Source: a virus
Lineage: Duplodnaviria > Caudoviricetes
Direction: 5' to 3' (one strand)
Virus record (IMG/VR): IMGVR_UViG_3300027743_000030
Span: 1,018-65,017 of that record
Length of the DNA: 64,000 nt
Below, in pieces: positions 1 to 8,381 of this stretch. A program made the position numbers and the translations under genes. Numbering within the stretch: position 1 is the stretch's first letter; each line of letters starts with the position of its first letter. Below the pieces are notes generated by a model that saw only the letters and a program-made list of their open reading frames with translations, was not told the DNA's origin and ran no database searches.

Positions 1-923
1 AGTGTGCGATCAGCGAGCACGCCATAGCGCCCATCGTTGAGCAGGGCACAGACCACGATCCCTACATCATCCGCGCCACCGGACGGATCGACGCCCACCG
101 TAACCAGCTCGATCTCCTCTTCCTTGATCAGCTCATGCCGCAGCCAGTCGTCCTTGAACAATGCGTTACCGGGATCGAGGATCATGCCGCCCAGCAGCTC
201 CTGCCGTCCGAGCCGCGTGCCCTCGTACAGCTCGCGCATCTTGCGCATGAACGACGCCGACAGGTGCTCGGCGTTGTCGAACGTGGTGCCGCTGGTGATC
301 CGAATGTCATCCATCCGTGTCAGCTTTTTCATGAACGGAGTTGGACGCGGTGTCGTGGCAATCAGCACGCGAGGCTTGTCGCCAAGCCGCAGCCCAAACA
401 TCATCATGTCAAAGACTTCTTGCTGGTAGCGCATGCGCCCAATCTCATCGATCACCGCCAGCTCGCACTGCGGGCCGCGCAACGAGTCCGGCTCCTCCCC
501 GGAGAACATGACGGCCATGGCACCGTTGGGCCATTCCAGCCGGCGCTTCGATGCCACCCAGCGCGGGCGAAAGCCCTGCGGGGACGTTGCCAGGATGCCG
601 CTCGATCCCTCAAGGTTGACATCGTGCACGTCGGCAGTCGTGGGGGCGATGACGTGGATGCGTTTCAGGCCCGAGCGAACCGCCATGTGCACCGCGCTCG
701 AAACCGAATGGGTCTTGCCTGTGCCGCGACCGCCCAAGAACAGCCAGCACCAGTCGAGATCACGCGGCGGCAGCTGCGCATCCCGCGCTGCAAATATCCA
801 ATCCTCTGCCATTTCGTCAGTGAGGCTGCGCGCCAGGACGGCGCGCTCGGCACTGCTCAACGCCGCCAGCCGGGCGCGGGCATCGTGCACCCGGTTGATC
901 TCCACGGCAAAGCGATCAAGCAT
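1..923 (-). CDS. terL: Terminase large subunit (5' part; runs off left edge)
   Basis: Manual translation from ATG at 923: Walker A WLFLGGRGTGKT, LRGPQ..AVIDE Walker B, ATTPRP, EGTRLGRQEL, VGVDPS nuclease start. Absent from ORF track because no stop in window. Confidence 0.95.
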   Translation of the reverse strand, partial: MLDRFAVEINRVHDARARLAALSSAERAVLARSLTDEMAEDWIFAARDAQLPPRDLDWCWLFLGGRGTGKTHSVSSAVHMAVRSGLKRIHVIAPTTADVHDVNLEGSSGILATSPQGFRPRWVASKRRLEWPNGAMAVMFSGEEPDSLRGPQCELAVIDEIGRMRYQQEVFDMMMFGLRLGDKPRVLIATTPRPTPFMKKLTRMDDIRITSGTTFDNAEHLSASFMRKMRELYEGTRLGRQELLGGMILDPGNALFKDDWLRHELIKEEEIELVTVGVDPSGGADDVGIVVCALLNDGRYGVLADRT

Positions 924-1377
924 CCTTTATGGCCTCGCCCTCGATAATCGGGCCGTCTGCCAGACGGTCCAGTGCCGCCATGATCCGGTCGGTCGAGGAG
1001 GCTTGCGCGGGCATCGCATCGTTGAGCGCAGTTTCGCCGCGCGGCTGAATGTCCAGCCCGAGATACTTGGCCCGCCGGTCCATGAAGCGCACGCACAACG
1101 CGCCAGATTCATGATCCCCTTGACGGGCCTTCTGGTAGAAAATCTGCATCAGATCATCCAGGCGATCGAGATCGATCGCCAGCGCCCGTTGCCGCATGCT
1201 CGGATTGACCCCGCCCGACATGCGGGCGACTGCCGACGCGACCTCTCCCGCATCGGGATAGCCCAACGTCTCGGCAATCTGGCGTTCCGGTACGCCGTTG
1301 AGCCTGAGACGGAAGGCTTTGCGGTCCCGCTCGAAACGTTCCGCCACGTCTTGATAGCTGACAACTTCTGCCGACAT
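916..1377 (-). CDS. terS: Probable terminase small subunit
   Basis: 153 aa with N-terminal HTH (ERQIAETLGY); overlaps terL start. Confidence 0.75.
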   Translation of the reverse strand: MSAEVVSYQDVAERFERDRKAFRLRLNGVPERQIAETLGYPDAGEVASAVARMSGGVNPSMRQRALAIDLDRLDDLMQIFYQKARQGDHESGALCVRFMDRRAKYLGLDIQPRGETALNDAMPAQASSTDRIMAALDRLADGPIIEGEAIKDA

Positions 1378-1383
1378 GGCGCG

Positions 1384-1596
1384 TTACCTGTGCTGTCTCG
1401 CCACGCGCGAGCGGCGCACCTGATCAACTCGGGGCCGTTCAACTTCGTGGCTGCTGCGAAAAACAACATGGCGTAAATGATGCGACATGGAGTGCCACAG
1501 CTCGTCGTCCTGTTCGCCCAGCCGCTTGCGCAGCTCGCGAAAATCTTCAAGGGCATGGCAGGCGTGGCGATGGATGGCGTCGTGATTGGTCCACAT
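1384..1596 (-). CDS. Hypothetical protein (70 aa)
   Basis: MWTNHDAIHRHAC...; co-oriented, ends 6 nt before terS. Confidence 0.5.
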   Translation of the reverse strand: MWTNHDAIHRHACHALEDFRELRKRLGEQDDELWHSMSHHLRHVVFRSSHEVERPRVDQVRRSRVARQHR

Positions 1597-1607
1597 CGGA
1601 TTTCCCC

Positions 1608-2357
1608 ATGGAACTCGTGACGGATAATGCCGCCGTACCGGAAAAGGTGCAATGGCGTGGCGCGGAGTCGGTTCGACTCCCGGCAACGTCGCCCCGCCTT
1701 GGCCGCAAGCTGCTGGCGCGGACGCTGGTCGAGGCGTGGTGCGAGGGCTTGGAGCTGCGCCGCATGGCCGCGCTGGCATGGCGGCCCGGCGCGATCATTG
1801 AGCTGTCGAACGCCGCCGGGGCGCTGCTGGCGATCGAGCAGGGCTATGAGCCTGATCTGCAGCTGGAAGACTTCGGCGACATTATCGTGGGCACGATCGG
1901 CAATGTGCTGCACGATCGCGGCGACGATCAGCGCGAGCCCATCACCTATACCGAGCTGGACGAAATGGCCGACGCCTATCTGGCGATGGTGCAAGCCGCG
2001 AATGAGCTGGACGAGCACAGCCCTGACGACGCCAAGTTCCTGCGCCAGACCCGCAAGCGGATCAACACCGCCGTGAGCTTGATCGTCCGCGCCCCGCTGT
2101 TCGATCGCTCGACGTTCGAAGAGTGGGCACTGGTGAAGGAGCCCGACTTTTCCATGCTCGCTGGCGTCGAGGAGCATTACCGCCAGTTTAAGATCGACTA
2201 TGACGTGAGAGACGTGGCCGACATTCTGGCCGCGCCGGTGCAGCCGATCGAGGAGTGCGCGCTCGCGCTGATCGATCAGGCCGCGATGATCCCACCGCTC
2301 GGCTTTCGCACTCTGCGCCAGCTGCTCCCGCGCGCCAGCTTCGTGCTCAACGCCTAG
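1608..2357 (+). CDS. Hypothetical protein
   Basis: 249-aa ORF with protein-like composition; start uncertain. Confidence 0.6.
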   Translation: MELVTDNAAVPEKVQWRGAESVRLPATSPRLGRKLLARTLVEAWCEGLELRRMAALAWRPGAIIELSNAAGALLAIEQGYEPDLQLEDFGDIIVGTIGNVLHDRGDDQREPITYTELDEMADAYLAMVQAANELDEHSPDDAKFLRQTRKRINTAVSLIVRAPLFDRSTFEEWALVKEPDFSMLAGVEEHYRQFKIDYDVRDVADILAAPVQPIEECALALIDQAAMIPPLGFRTLRQLLPRASFVLNA

Positions 2358-2602
2358 TCCGGTATCTCGCCCACTTCGACCATGATCGGCGGATGCTCGG
2401 TGCCGATGATCTGCACATGCACCGGCGCGCCCGCGTTGAGCGCGGCCAGCTCCATCGGCGTCGGAAACCATGCCGTGGTCATGCAGGGCGTGTTTTCGCC
2501 GACCACCTTGGCGTTAATCCGCTCGTCCCGGATCGGCAAGCCGATGAAGCCTTGCGACTTGCCGATGACGCGGGTGGTGCCTCTGATCCGGCCTACTTGC
2601 AC
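2354..2602 (-). CDS. Small phage hypothetical protein
   Basis: 82 aa, ...TAWFPTPMELAALNAG..., overlaps upstream gene. Confidence 0.65.
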   Translation of the reverse strand: MQVGRIRGTTRVIGKSQGFIGLPIRDERINAKVVGENTPCMTTAWFPTPMELAALNAGAPVHVQIIGTEHPPIMVEVGEIPD

Positions 2603-2787
2603 GACGGCAGCGACGGGTAGCGCCGGCAGACTTTGGCGTGGACCTTTGCCTTCTGCGAAGCCGAGCCGTGCTGCGATACCCGAGCCAGCGCATTGGCTGC
2701 ACGGGCGCGCGTGTCGATCGGATAAGCGCGCTTGCCGGGAAACACAAACGAGGATTTTGGCAGGCTGTTGCGCTTCGATGCTTTCAT
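2593..2787 (-). CDS. Small basic phage protein
   Basis: LPKSSFVFPG..YPI..ARAANALARV; strong SD (AGGAGAG). Confidence 0.7.
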   Translation of the reverse strand: MKASKRNSLPKSSFVFPGKRAYPIDTRARAANALARVSQHGSASQKAKVHAKVCRRYPSLPSCK

Positions 2788-2930
2788 GATCTCTCCTCCT
2801 ACGATTGAGGCCCGCGCGCCCCAGGTAAAAGGATTAAGCCCAGGACGCGCGGGCGACCGCTGTTGTTGCGGACACCGGCGGCTGGTCCGGTCGAGCCCAT
2901 GAACGGATAAGCAAACTCGACGGCGGCAGC

Positions 2931-3131
2931 TTAGCAGTCGTCGTCCACGTCGCGGAAGTCGCCTTCATCCTCGATCTTGAGCTGGCTGCTGGCGAGCAAT
3001 CGCCGCACGTCATCGGACGCAATGTCGGCGAGATACGCAACCGTATGTCCAGCCGGAATGATCAGCTTGCCGCCTCGACCGTCATCAACTTCCAAATCCT
3101 TGTCGGTAACGTTTGTGAGCATGACAGACAT
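2931..3131 (-). CDS. Hypothetical protein
   Basis: MSVMLTNVTDKDLEV...; start approximate. Confidence 0.5.
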   Translation of the reverse strand: MSVMLTNVTDKDLEVDDGRGGKLIIPAGHTVAYLADIASDDVRRLLASSQLKIEDEGDFRDVDDDC

Positions 3132-3251
3132 CGGAGCTGCCCTCCTATTCGAGCTGCAGCACAGTGCCACAAGATCAAAAAGAACGCGCAAAACTTGACT
3201 TTCCGCACTCGAAAATCGCCTAACTCCTTGTTTTGACGTGCCTTATACGGC

Positions 3252-3279
3252 TTGCGAAGCCCAGGGCAGCCGCTATAAT
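3252..3279 (+). promoter_or_regulatory. Candidate sigma70 promoter of the early operon
   Basis: TTGCGA-16 nt-TATAAT in the divergent intergenic region. Confidence 0.45.
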
Positions 3280-3488
3280 CGATTTTCGATTAAGAAGTGA
3301 GTGTTTGCTACCCTGCTGTTTGACAATTCGAGCGCCGCACGACCCGCGTCCAAAGCGACGTGCGCCCTACCCGCAGCTCGATCCATAGTCGCTCCAAGTC
3401 ATGCGCGCTTCGGCATTGCCCCCGAGGATCGAGCCCGACGCGCATAGATGTGGGAGAGACCGAAAACGACTCCATGACAGTGTGACAA

Positions 3489-3599
3489 TACTTAGGACGG
3501 CATGACGCGACTCACGTTGCGCTCGTGCCGTCTCAAAGTGTTGCCTTCGCAACACTCGCCGCGCTTGCAGCGGCGCATCTCAAAATTGGAGTCACGAAA
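3489..3599 (+). ncRNA. Structured leader motif, copy A
   Basis: Hairpin GACGGCATGA/TCGTGCCGTC; AGTGTTGC/GCAACACT; CGCCGC-gCTTGCA-GCGGCG; GGAGTCAC then ATG at 3600. Confidence 0.75.
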
Positions 3600-3797
3600 A
3601 TGAAAGTAGAATTCAGAACCCACGAATACGAGTGGTCGCACGGCAAGCAGCCGCGCGGTTACGGCTATTGGGCGTTTAGCTTTCCCGGCACGCAAGCCGA
3701 CTTCTTTTGGTTTCAAGGCTCGTACAGCGACGCCAAGAAAGCAGCCAAGGACGAAGCGCGCCGCCGCAACTTCGCAGAAGTGAAGGTGATGCCGTGA
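3600..3797 (+). CDS. Small early protein (65 aa)
   Basis: MKVEFRTHEYEWSHGKQPRGYGYWAF...; SD GGAG. Confidence 0.8.
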   Translation: MKVEFRTHEYEWSHGKQPRGYGYWAFSFPGTQADFFWFQGSYSDAKKAAKDEARRRNFAEVKVMP

Positions 3798-3997
3798 GCA
3801 CGTCAATCGATCAGATCAGATTGGCTGACGGCTCGCGCGTTCGCTGCGGGCTGATCGTTCACCGCGTTGACGATCCGTTCCACGTTGCGCGGATCGAGAA
3901 AGTTCACGGCGCAATGAAGCTGACTGTTCAATGGGAGAACGGGTGGCTTGAATTGGGCTGCGAGCCCGACGAATTCCAGCGATGGAATGGAGAGTGA
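3794..3997 (+). CDS. Small hypothetical protein
   Basis: GTGA overlap with previous stop; 67 aa. Confidence 0.65.
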   Translation: MSTSIDQIRLADGSRVRCGLIVHRVDDPFHVARIEKVHGAMKLTVQWENGWLELGCEPDEFQRWNGE

Positions 3998-4094
3998 TCA
4001 CTACAGAGCAGCGCCGCGCGCGCTGCTCGATAGTGTTCATCCTGAACACTCGCCGCCTTGCATGCGGCGTTTCTCGAAACATGAGTCACACATC
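3998..4094 (+). ncRNA. Structured intergenic motif, copy B
   Basis: CACTA..GAGCAGCG/CGCTGCTC..TAGTG; AGTGTTCA/TGAACACT; CGCCGC-CTTGCAt-GCGGCG; GAGTCAC. Confidence 0.8.
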
Positions 4095-5117
4095 ATGACA
4101 AACCACCTTACCGCCCAGGCCGAGGTTTCCATCGCAACGGCAGCCGAGATGATGGAAGATTATACCGAGGCGGGCGACAACGTGTTCCTTTGGGGTGCAC
4201 CCGGCATCGGTAAGACCGATATCGTGCACCAGCTCGGAGCGCGGAAGAAACGTTGCGTCCTCGAATTCCACGCAGCCTTGCGTGAGTCCGTTGATCTGCG
4301 CGGCGTTCCTTCCGTTGATCTCAAGACGGGGACCACCAAATGGTTCACGCCTGACGAGCTACCGCAAGCGAAGCGCGACGGCGAGGAAGGTTATCTGTTC
4401 CTCGACGAATTCAATCAAGCAAGCCCGCAGATGCAAGCGGTGCTTGCCGGGTTGGTGCTGTACGGGACGATTGGCGACTATCGCTTGCCGAAGGGCTGGC
4501 GCTGCATCGCTGCGGGCAACCGCGTCTCTGATCGTGCAGCTGCGCAGCGAATGCCCTCGCACATGCGAAACCGTTTCGCGCACATTTACTGTACGCCAGA
4601 CGTGATTGCGTGGACGAATTGGGCCAGCACGAACGGCGTCGCACCCGAGATGGTTGCTTTCATTCGCTTGCGACGCGAGTTGATCCACCGCATGCCTCGC
4701 GGTGACGAGAATGCGTTTCCCACGCCGAGGTCACTGACCAAGGCTGCGAAATACATCAACGCCGCTGATGATCGTCGCTTGCGATTGTTAGCCGGCCTGA
4801 TCGGTGACGACGTTGCAGCCGAGTTGAACGGCTTCATCCGGCTTTATCGATCGCTCGGCAGCCTGGAAGATATCGTGGCCAATCCCGACCGCGCCAAGAT
4901 ACCGACCGAGCCAAGCGAACGATGGGCAGTCTGCACCGGCCTTGCGCGTCTCGCTGACCGCAAGAATTTCCCGCAGATCATGAAGTATGCCGCACGGCTC
5001 GACGGTGAGCCCGCGACGCTGCTTGTTCATGACGCAACGATGATCAAGCCCGAGCTAAAGCAGACGGCCGCCTATTCGAAGTGGGCCGTTGAACATTCTG
5101 ACTTGATCCTACAGTGA
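4095..5117 (+). CDS. MoxR/CbbQ-like AAA+ ATPase
   Basis: Walker A GAPGIGKT, Walker B LFLDEFNQA, IAAGN sensor, NRF arginine finger, PTPRS. Confidence 0.9.
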   Translation: MTNHLTAQAEVSIATAAEMMEDYTEAGDNVFLWGAPGIGKTDIVHQLGARKKRCVLEFHAALRESVDLRGVPSVDLKTGTTKWFTPDELPQAKRDGEEGYLFLDEFNQASPQMQAVLAGLVLYGTIGDYRLPKGWRCIAAGNRVSDRAAAQRMPSHMRNRFAHIYCTPDVIAWTNWASTNGVAPEMVAFIRLRRELIHRMPRGDENAFPTPRSLTKAAKYINAADDRRLRLLAGLIGDDVAAELNGFIRLYRSLGSLEDIVANPDRAKIPTEPSERWAVCTGLARLADRKNFPQIMKYAARLDGEPATLLVHDATMIKPELKQTAAYSKWAVEHSDLILQ

Positions 5118-5213
5118 CCACTACAGAGGGCAGCGCACGCGCTGCCTTCGATAGTGTTCATGTGAACACTCGCCCCTTGCAGGGCGCTGTCAGAAGACAA
5201 GGAGTCACAAGTC
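5118..5213 (+). ncRNA. Structured intergenic motif, copy C
   Basis: CACTA/TAGTG; GGCAGCG/CGCTGCC; AGTGTTCA/TGAACACT; CGCCC-CTTGCA-GGGCG; AAGGAGTCAC. Confidence 0.8.
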
Positions 5214-6272
5214 ATGACAACGAAACTCAAAGGTGCAGCGAAGCGCGAAGCTAAGGGCTTGCCGCCGATCAAGGCGCGCAAGCCAGTAGCTCCCAAGGCT
5301 GCGATGGCGATGATCAAGCCTGCAGCTGCAGACGTGATCAACGTACCGTATCGCGAGCTAACGAAAGCGCCGAGCAAACCCAGCAAGCCGCTTGCCTCGC
5401 CGCTGTCTCGCAAGGCGACGCTTGTGTCAGTCGCTGTTGCACAGTGGACGGCCCGCAAGCTGGACCGCAAGCTGACCAACGAAGTGTTGCGCTCGAAAGG
5501 CGCGACGCCAGATGCCGGCCGGTTCAACAAGTTGCTGATCGAAGCCAAGCACCTCGAAAAAATCGGCTCACTCGTGTCGCAAGCGCGCAACGCGCACTAT
5601 CGCTACACCAAGCCGTGGTGCGATGACGGTATGCGAATTCTGCCGAACGAGCTTCACCAGAAGTTCGCCGACGAATTCCGTCGCATCAAGCGCGAGTTCC
5701 ACGAGGCGGCCGATGAATTCTGCCGCGACTATCCCTCGTTTATCGAGGAGCGCAGAACGGCGCTTGCGAAGATGTTCAACGAGGCCGACTACCCGAGCGC
5801 GCGGGACATTCGAAGCAAGTTCAAACTCGACTCGAAGTTGTTTCCCGTCCCCGACGTTGGCGACTTTCGCTCTGATACTCTCGACGCTGACACGATCGAG
5901 GATATCAAGCGCGATCTCGCCGAGACAAACGAACGCGTGTTGAGCGACGCCATGAAGCACTCGGCCGAGCAGATCATCAAAGTGGTCGGCCACATGTCGG
6001 AGAAGCTGCACGAGTACAAGCCGAGCAAGAGCAAGAAGGGCAAGAAAACATTTTTCACCAACTCGCTGGTGGAGAATGTTCGTGAGCTTGCAGACTTGCT
6101 GCCTGCGTTCAACTTCACCAACGATCCCGAGTTGAACCGCATTGCAGCTCGCATGAAGCGCGAGCTATGCCAAGACGATGCCAAGGAGCTGCGGGTGAGC
6201 GAACGCGTGCGCGTCACCGTGCAGAAGTCGGCAGACGACATCCTGAAAGATGTCAACAAGCTGCTAGGCTGA
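5214..6272 (+). CDS. DUF3150-like helical protein (AAA/VWA partner)
   Basis: LVSV...WTARKLD...GRFNKLL...TKPW.D.G.R.LP; lies between AAA and VWA genes. Confidence 0.65.
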   Translation: MTTKLKGAAKREAKGLPPIKARKPVAPKAAMAMIKPAAADVINVPYRELTKAPSKPSKPLASPLSRKATLVSVAVAQWTARKLDRKLTNEVLRSKGATPDAGRFNKLLIEAKHLEKIGSLVSQARNAHYRYTKPWCDDGMRILPNELHQKFADEFRRIKREFHEAADEFCRDYPSFIEERRTALAKMFNEADYPSARDIRSKFKLDSKLFPVPDVGDFRSDTLDADTIEDIKRDLAETNERVLSDAMKHSAEQIIKVVGHMSEKLHEYKPSKSKKGKKTFFTNSLVENVRELADLLPAFNFTNDPELNRIAARMKRELCQDDAKELRVSERVRVTVQKSADDILKDVNKLLG

Positions 6273-6366
6273 TCGGCCATAGCGTGAACGGCGAGCGCGC
6301 CTCGCCGTTTGCAGTGGGGCCGTACCTCACTCCGTCCTTGCAGACGGTCAATCAAGGAGTCACACA
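6273..6366 (+). ncRNA. Structured intergenic motif, copy D (diverged)
   Basis: GAACGGCGAG/CTCGCCGTTT; AGTGGGG/CCTCACT; CCGTC-CTTGCA-GACGG; AAGGAGTCAC. Confidence 0.75.
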
Positions 6367-7755
6367 ATGGAAAATCATGACGTGGACAAGACAGCTGCTC
6401 AACGCGTTGCAAAAGCGCGCGCCGAGCTGATCTTGTCGCAAGTGTTCTATTCCGTGCTGGTATCGAACGTTGATCCCAAGCCGTCGCGAGCCGTTCCCAC
6501 GATGGCGACCGATGGGCGCAACCACTTCTATAATCCAGACTTCATTGCGACGTTGACACAGACACAGCTGCTCGCAGTGCAAGCGCACGAAAGCGAACAC
6601 GATGCCCGCCGCCATCACAGCCGCAGAAACGGCCGTGATCCCGAGGAGTGGAACATCGCTTGCGATCTCGCAATCAATCCTGATCTGCAAGACGCAGGCT
6701 TCCAGCTCCCCGAGTGGGTGCTGCTCGATCGGAAATACCGAGGCATGTCTGCCGAGGATATCTACCGAACGCGGGAGCTTGATCGCGCCAAGCAGCAACA
6801 GCAGGACGATGATCAAGACGAGCCTTCGGAAGAGGAACTTGACGACGCCGAGGCCGAGGCGAACAAGGGCGACGCTGACGACGACGACAACGACAACGAC
6901 AACGACCACGGCGACTGCAACGAAAACGAAGACGAGGACAGCAGCGGCGACACCGGCGACGGTGACGGCGACGAGCAGTCAGAGGATGACGCCAGCCCCG
7001 GCGACGGGGAGGGTGAAGGCAAGGGCGATCCGACAAGCAGCGGCGACCCTGGCCGCATGGGCGAAGTGCTCGACGCTTCCGAGAACGTCGCCGAGCTGGC
7101 AGCTGCAGACAGTCAGTGGGAAACAATCCTGCGACAAGCTGCATTCCTTGCCGAGAAACGCGGCACGATGCCCGGCCATGTCACGCGTGAAATCAAGCGC
7201 GCTGACAACCCGCCGCAAGACTGGCGTGAGACGTTGCGAGCATACTTTGATCAAGGCTCGCTCAAGATCGAAACATGGAACCGGCCCAATCGTCGCTTTG
7301 CCGGTGCGGGCATTTACTTGCCCGGCCAGCGTCGCGACGGCATCAACCGCGCCGTGTTTCTGATCGATACCAGCGGCTCGATGGATCAAGTTGCGCTCGC
7401 TTGCATCAACAATGAAGCCCAAGCCGCGCTGGACGACGGTGTGCTTGATGAAGTTGACGTGATCTATGGCGACACGCGAGTCACTCGTGTCGACAACTAC
7501 CGCCAAGGCGACGAAATACAATTCGATCCCCGAGGCGGGGGCGGCACTGATCTCAAGCCGCTGTTCAAGCACGTAGCAGACGAAATTGAGGACGCGTCCT
7601 TGATCGTCTGTTTCTCAGACATGGAAATTGGCGATCCTGGCCCCGAGCCCGCGTGCCCCGTGCTGTTCGCAGCAACGGGGTATCCCGAGAGCGTGCGCCG
7701 TTATCTCGCCAATGCTCCGTGGGGCGCGCCCGGCATCGATGTCGGCACGCATTGA
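6367..7755 (+). CDS. DUF2201-type putative metallopeptidase + VWA domain protein
   Basis: TMATDG, HESEH (HExxH), WNIACDLAIN, long acidic linker, MIDAS DTSGS, GGGGTD. Confidence 0.9.
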   Translation: MENHDVDKTAAQRVAKARAELILSQVFYSVLVSNVDPKPSRAVPTMATDGRNHFYNPDFIATLTQTQLLAVQAHESEHDARRHHSRRNGRDPEEWNIACDLAINPDLQDAGFQLPEWVLLDRKYRGMSAEDIYRTRELDRAKQQQQDDDQDEPSEEELDDAEAEANKGDADDDDNDNDNDHGDCNENEDEDSSGDTGDGDGDEQSEDDASPGDGEGEGKGDPTSSGDPGRMGEVLDASENVAELAAADSQWETILRQAAFLAEKRGTMPGHVTREIKRADNPPQDWRETLRAYFDQGSLKIETWNRPNRRFAGAGIYLPGQRRDGINRAVFLIDTSGSMDQVALACINNEAQAALDDGVLDEVDVIYGDTRVTRVDNYRQGDEIQFDPRGGGGTDLKPLFKHVADEIEDASLIVCFSDMEIGDPGPEPACPVLFAATGYPESVRRYLANAPWGAPGIDVGTH

Positions 7756-7850
7756 TCACTAAGCGCGGCCCTGCGGGGCCGCGTCATAGTGTTCAATCGA
7801 ACACCCCGCACTTGCAGCGGGTGATCTGCAAAAGGAAAGGAAGTCACATC
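7756..7850 (+). ncRNA. Structured intergenic motif, copy E
   Basis: CACTA/TAGTG; GCGCGGCCC/GGGCCGCGT; GTGTTC/GAACAC; CCCGC-aCTTGCA-GCGGG; GGAAGTCAC. Confidence 0.8.
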
Positions 7851-8117
7851 ATGACTGCTACCAAACGTAAACCGAGCCCCGTCATGCAACGGGCCGGGCG
7901 CGACGCGCGCGTCAGCAGGGAGGTCAATGCTGCTCTGGCTCAAGTCGAACGCGAGTTGATCGCTATCATCAAAAAAATCTGCGCTCCACGCTACAAGCAG
8001 AAAGAGACGATCAGCCCCGCTCAAGCCTATCGTCTCGCCAATCAGCGTCATCGTGGACCGGGACCGACGCCAGCGCGGCTGATGTACAAGATACAAAACG
8101 GCAGCAAAGTACCGTGA
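7851..8117 (+). CDS. Small basic hypothetical protein
   Basis: ATG directly after motif E; 88 aa. Confidence 0.7.
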   Translation: MTATKRKPSPVMQRAGRDARVSREVNAALAQVERELIAIIKKICAPRYKQKETISPAQAYRLANQRHRGPGPTPARLMYKIQNGSKVP

Positions 8118-8210
8118 TCACTGCAGAGGGGCTGCAACGTGCAGCCCTTCGACAGTGCTCATCCGAGCACTCCCGCCTTGCAGCGGGTTATCTGAAAAGG
8201 AGTCACGTCA
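8118..8210 (+). ncRNA. Structured intergenic motif, copy F
   Basis: CACTG/CAGTG; GGGCTGC/GCAGCCC; AGTGCTC/GAGCACT; CCCGC-CTTGCA-GCGGG; AAGGAGTCAC. Confidence 0.8.
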
Positions 8211-8381
8211 ATGGAACCCTATACAATCTTTCTGATCGTCTGCGCTGTCTTGGGCGTTCTGCTCATTCGCTACATGGGCGGCAATAACCCATTCACCACG
8301 CGGCTTTGCAATGCGTGTCGCGAAGTCATCAATGACCGTGCGGAAATCTGCCCGCACTGCCACACCGCGACCGGGAAGTGA
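8211..8381 (+). CDS. Membrane-anchored zinc-ribbon protein (56 aa)
   Basis: Manual translation MEPYTIFLIVCAVLGVLLIRY...CNAC...CPHC; too short for ORF track. Confidence 0.75.
   Translation: MEPYTIFLIVCAVLGVLLIRYMGGNNPFTTRLCNACREVINDRAEICPHCHTATGK

Noticed and set aside
6870-6975. GACAAC/GACGAC tandem repeats
   Set aside because: They encode the Asp-rich linker of the VWA protein; in-frame, not a contingency locus.
3998-8210. Hammerhead ribozyme reading of the repeated motif (CUACAGA/CUGCAGA-stem-GAUA/GACA-stem-UC)
   Set aside because: The core deviates from CUGANGA/GAAA, stem I cannot close across the core, and copies A, D and E lack these nucleotides. Not a canonical hammerhead, though a self-cleavage test is still worthwhile.
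3489-8210. CRISPR array or integron attC cassette array
   Set aside because: Repeats are separated by whole genes and are not identical; there are no RYYYAAC/GTTRRRY ends, cas genes or integron integrase.
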